Shown: positions 60,486 to 64,000 of the stretch, piece by piece
Layout of the letters: each line of letters begins with the position of its first letter
Position numbering within the stretch: position 1 is the first letter of the stretch
Assembly: GCA_019058315.1 (NCBI GenBank)
Contig: JAHPZH010000002.1
Span: 1,037,910-1,101,909 of the forward strand
DNA: 64,000 bases
Source of the DNA: Candidatus Helarchaeota archaeon
GTDB lineage: Archaea; Asgardarchaeota; Lokiarchaeia; Helarchaeales; RDOG01
Reading direction: 5' to 3'
Notes under the pieces: generated by a model
What the model saw: only the letters and a program-made list of their open reading frames with translations
Told to the model about the DNA's origin: nothing
Database searches by the model: none
Translations under genes and position numbers: made by a program

Positions 60486-62414
60486 TTATACTGGTAAACT
60501 TAAAGGTTCATAATCCTCAATTTTTTTCTGCTTTTTTTTCGTTTTGGTTATTTTTTTAGCCCGTTTTGTTTTTTTGACCTTTTTTATTTTTTTCTTTTTA
60601 ATTTTTCCTGTCTTTTTCTTTTTTTTAGTCTTTTTACTTATTTTCTTTTTACTTTTTATGACTTTTTTTGCTTTTTTAACCTTTTTAACCTTTATTTTCT
60701 TTGGTTTAGGTTTTTCAAAAGTTTTTTCTACCTTTTTCCCAATCGGCTTCGGAATTGGTTCAATTTCTATAGGTTCTTCTATTTTTTCAACCTTTAGCTC
60801 TTTTACTTTTTTAATTTTTTTATTTTTTTTAGCTTTTTTCTTTTTGATCTTTTTTATTTTTTTTGCTTTTTTAGCTTTTTTAACCTTAATTTTCTTTGGT
60901 TTAGGTTTTTCAATAATTTTTTCTACCTTTTTCTCAATTGGTTTCGGGATTGGTTCAATTTCTATGGGTTCTTCTATTTTTTCAACCTTTAGCTCTTTTA
61001 CTTTTTTAATTTTTTTAGCTTTTTTCTTTTTGATCTTCTTTATTTTTTTTGCTTTTTTAGCTTTTTTAACCTTAATTTTCTTTGGTTTAGGTTTTTCAAT
61101 AATTTTTTCTACCTTTTTCTCAATTGGTTTCGGGATTGGTTCAATTTCTATGGGTTCTTCTATTTTTTCAACCTTTAGCTCTTTTACTTTTTTAATTTTT
61201 TTAGCTTTTTTACCCTTCTTTATCCTTTTTACCTTTGGTTTTTTGATTTTCCTTATTTTTTTAGCTTTTTTCTTTTTGATCTTCTTTATTTTTTTAGCTT
61301 TTTTAGCCTTTTTAGCTTTAATTTTCTTCGGTTTAGGTTTTTCAATAATTTTTTCTACCTTTTTCTCAATAGGTTTCGGGATTGGTTCAATTTCTATGGG
61401 TTCTTCTATTTTTTCAACCTTTAGCTCTTCTACTTTCTTGATCTTTTTTATCTTTTTTATTTTTGGCTTTTTACGTTTCTTTACCTTTTTAATTTTTTTC
61501 TTTTTAACTTTTTTAACCTTTTTCTTCTTTATTTTTTTAACTTTTTTTGGTTTTGGCTTTACTTTTTTTACCTTTTTAACTTTAACCTTCTTTAATTTAG
61601 GTTTCTTAATCTCAACTTCTATAGGTTCTTCCTCGATTTTAATAGGAGGTTTGATTACTTCAGGAGGTGTTATAACTGGTTTAGTTATAGATTTTGAAAT
61701 TGGTTTAGTAATAAGTTTGGTTATGGGTTTGCTTACAGGTTTGGTTATTGGTCTTGTTACGGGTTTGATATTTGGTTTGGTTATAGGTTTAGTTACAGGT
61801 TTAGTTATGGATTTTGTTACGGGTTTAATAATTGGTTTGGTTATAGGTTCAGTTATGGGTTTTATTACGGGTTTAATAATTGGTTTGGTTATGGGCTTGG
61901 TTACAGGTTTAGTTATGGGTTTAGCAATTATTTTTTCTTTTATAATTTGTGTTGGTTCTGTATCAATGGGTGAACTTAATATCTCCTCCTCAAATTCTGA
62001 TGGATGAGTTAATTCTTCTACAATTTTATGAATTGATGCTGTCATTTCTAATTCAAGCATACCTTCTTCTTCATCAGATACTGGTTCAACAGTAGTTGTT
62101 AATTTTGGTTCTACAGTAGTTGTAACTTCTGGTTCTACAGTAGTTGTAACTTCTGGTTCTATAGTAGTTGTAATTTCTGGTTCTACAGTAGTTATAGAAG
62201 GTTCTACTTTCAAAGGGTCTTTAACGATTTCTAAAGTTGGTAATGGAGTCAAGAAGAAAATAAATTTTTCAGGACAATAATTTTCATGAATATTTAGAAA
62301 TTCTCTTCTAATTTTTTTGAAGGTTTGAACCATTTCTAACCTATGTAAAGTATAATCCGATCGAAATGCAAAATCAGAACCCTTTACTTCTCTAAACTTT
62401 ATCTCTTCCTTCAT
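60486..62414 (-). CDS. Low-complexity Lys-rich repeat protein (histone H1-like composition)
   Basis: 642 aa; TTTVEPE repeats, KP(I/V)T repeats, then four KELKVEKIEEPIEIEPIPKPIEKK blocks separated by poly-Lys stretches. Confidence 0.8.
   Translation of the reverse strand: MKEEIKFREVKGSDFAFRSDYTLHRLEMVQTFKKIRREFLNIHENYCPEKFIFFLTPLPTLEIVKDPLKVEPSITTVEPEITTTIEPEVTTTVEPEVTTTVEPKLTTTVEPVSDEEEGMLELEMTASIHKIVEELTHPSEFEEEILSSPIDTEPTQIIKEKIIAKPITKPVTKPITKPIIKPVIKPITEPITKPIIKPVTKSITKPVTKPITKPNIKPVTRPITKPVSKPITKLITKPISKSITKPVITPPEVIKPPIKIEEEPIEVEIKKPKLKKVKVKKVKKVKPKPKKVKKIKKKKVKKVKKKKIKKVKKRKKPKIKKIKKIKKVEELKVEKIEEPIEIEPIPKPIEKKVEKIIEKPKPKKIKAKKAKKAKKIKKIKKKKAKKIRKIKKPKVKRIKKGKKAKKIKKVKELKVEKIEEPIEIEPIPKPIEKKVEKIIEKPKPKKIKVKKAKKAKKIKKIKKKKAKKIKKVKELKVEKIEEPIEIEPIPKPIEKKVEKIIEKPKPKKIKVKKAKKAKKIKKIKKKKAKKNKKIKKVKELKVEKIEEPIEIEPIPKPIGKKVEKTFEKPKPKKIKVKKVKKAKKVIKSKKKISKKTKKKKKTGKIKKKKIKKVKKTKRAKKITKTKKKQKKIEDYEPLSLPV
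60700..61430. repeat. Four near-identical intragenic DNA repeat units
   Basis: GGTTCAATTTCTA anchor at 60757, 60952, 61138 and 61384 (spacings 195, 186, 246 bp, all multiples of 3). Confidence 0.85.
62083..62207. repeat. 24-bp tandem repeat encoding (V/I)TTTVEPE
   Basis: GGTTCTACAGTAGTTGTAACTTCT-type unit repeated ~4-5 times. Confidence 0.8.
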
Positions 62415-62644
62415 AACTATATTTGGTAAAGAAGAACTTCCATCAATTAAAAACTTCTCATCTCTTTTTTAATAAATTGATTTGTTATTAATACAGACTC
62501 GAAATTTTAAGTATGATATCTTTAATTTTTCTTTATAGATTAATTATAAAAATTATTCTTTGACAAAGAACATATAATCTCTATGGATATAGGAAATTAA
62601 ATAAAAATAGCATTCATTGAATAAAACAATTTTGAGGTTTTTTT

Positions 62645-63796
62645 TTGAATTTAGAAATAAATCTGCTTGCAAAAAGAGATTATAACGAGCTAAAAAATCT
62701 CTATAATAAATTTATAAAATATTTAAGTGTTAACAAAGACCAAGATTACACTCCTTTTACTCTAGAATTTACTAAATATGATATTGAGAATTCTATCTCA
62801 GATGAAGGTTTTATCCTAGGTATTTATTCTGATAAAAAGCTAATTGGAACTATAGGAGCAAATTTAATCCCTGTTATGTTTCAAAATTCTAAATTAATAA
62901 GCTGTACTATTACTTTATATGCTATAGATCCTGACTTTCTCCCATTATCAAAAGATACACAATTAAAGATTTATCAAACCATTATTGATAAAATAAAAGA
63001 GACTCAATCTGATTTCATTTGGATAGTCTTTGACTTAGGAACTAGTTTTGGGGAATATAAAGTCTTCAGAGATGACCTAGATTTTGTAAAGATAAATCCA
63101 AATGTGGAACCTTTAACCAAATTATTGGGAAGCTATGGTATTGATATACTTAAAAAGAAGAAAGGCTTAAGTGCAGTGCTTGCACAATTAGCTAAATTGA
63201 TGGCAAAAATGCAAAAAATCTCCCTTCCCAGTGGAAATATTCGAGAAGCAACTCCTGAAGATTATCCTCAAATTGTTGAATTATTAAATGGGTATTCAGA
63301 AATATTGGATATCGCACAGATCTGGACCGTGGAATCGTTTAAAAAATATCTCGAAATTAGCTCACAAGTAAATAATATCGATCATTCATACTTGGAGGCG
63401 GAATATCCAGATACAAATTGTGGTTTTTTTATCAAAGTTTGGGAATGTGAAAATAAAATTGTTGCTGTATTAACTTATCGAGTAATGGGAGTACAATTTA
63501 AAAAAGGCAAAGCACCGTTATGTTATTGGGATTACCTTGTATTTTCTCAAAATTTAACTATGGATGATAAAAAAGCCTTCATTGTTAATATGTATAACGA
63601 AGTCTATCATAAAGCAAGTACAATTACAGCATTTTTTCCTTATTATGAAGCCAAAGCTCTAAAAAAATCTGGATTCATGTCAAGCCAAATGAAAACTCCT
63701 ATGTACATCTACCCGATAACAGAAAATGGCAAAAAACTTCTTGAACTTAAAAAAATCTCAAAGTTCTATTTGCCATATATAGGTTTTCTTATCTAA
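62645..63796 (+). CDS. Tandem GNAT-fold acyltransferase (N-myristoyltransferase-like architecture)
   Basis: Two GNAT-like halves: KLIGTIGA...LYAIDP and IREATPEDYPQIVELLNGY...IAQIWT...LKKSGF. Confidence 0.6.
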   Translation: MNLEINLLAKRDYNELKNLYNKFIKYLSVNKDQDYTPFTLEFTKYDIENSISDEGFILGIYSDKKLIGTIGANLIPVMFQNSKLISCTITLYAIDPDFLPLSKDTQLKIYQTIIDKIKETQSDFIWIVFDLGTSFGEYKVFRDDLDFVKINPNVEPLTKLLGSYGIDILKKKKGLSAVLAQLAKLMAKMQKISLPSGNIREATPEDYPQIVELLNGYSEILDIAQIWTVESFKKYLEISSQVNNIDHSYLEAEYPDTNCGFFIKVWECENKIVAVLTYRVMGVQFKKGKAPLCYWDYLVFSQNLTMDDKKAFIVNMYNEVYHKASTITAFFPYYEAKALKKSGFMSSQMKTPMYIYPITENGKKLLELKKISKFYLPYIGFLI

Positions 63797-63818
63797 ATCA
63801 ATATAGGATGTTATTTAT

Positions 63819-64000
63819 ATCTGTGAACTTCTAGCTTTATCTTCTAATAAAAAAAGAGAAATTGAAGAAATATATTTAGAATTTAGATCTCATTCTGACT
63901 TTCATAAAGATGGTTGGGGAATTGCATTCCATGAACCTCGAACTTTTAACATTATAAAAGAAGCCAAACCTGCTTATCAAAGTAACCTATCAGAATATAT
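63819..64000 (+). CDS. Class II glutamine amidotransferase (YafJ/EgtC-like), partial, ATC start
   Basis: Manual translation: (ATC)-CELLALSSN...HKDGWGIAF...KEAKPAYQS, matching the YafJ N-terminus MCELL...HKDGWG; runs off the window. Confidence 0.85.
   Translation, partial: MCELLALSSNKKREIEEIYLEFRSHSDFHKDGWGIAFHEPRTFNIIKEAKPAYQSNLSEY

Noticed and set aside
60544-62007. 487-aa Phe-rich plus-strand ORF
   Set aside because: Antisense shadow of the Lys-rich repeat gene (AAA reads as TTT); low complexity explains the lack of stops.
1-64000. tRNA/rRNA genes, transposases, integrases, selenoprotein TGA read-through
   Set aside because: No GC-rich structured RNA-like segments, mobile-element proteins or TGA-interrupted redox genes recognised by eye; a covariance-model scan would be needed to fully exclude small RNAs.

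Overview
Very AT-rich archaeal chromosomal window, most consistent with an Asgard archaeon (Lokiarchaeia-like). The basis is archaeal housekeeping genes (rpl15e, RNase P Rpp30/Pop5, archaeal YchF, UPF0147, DUF2095) mixed with eukaryote-signature-like proteins (longin-like, SDS22-type LRR, WD40, Vps22/36-like, zf-PARP). I found no rRNA, tRNA, CRISPR array or mobile element. The left ~25 kb is accessory and surface-protein rich and includes a >=1731-aa minus-strand ORF that the ORF track missed because it runs off the window. The best candidate for an undescribed system is a tightly packed three-gene operon at 55.7-60.5 kb: an HTH/ESCRT-II (Vps22/36-like) fusion, a YdjI-type SPFH protein, and a PH-6TM-adaptin/COP-appendage-like-Zn-ribbon protein. 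A second notable signal is repeated evidence for AUC/AUA/AUU translation initiation, strongest in a class II glutamine amidotransferase whose catalytic Cys directly follows an ATC codon. All family assignments are by-eye motif recognition; no searches were run.
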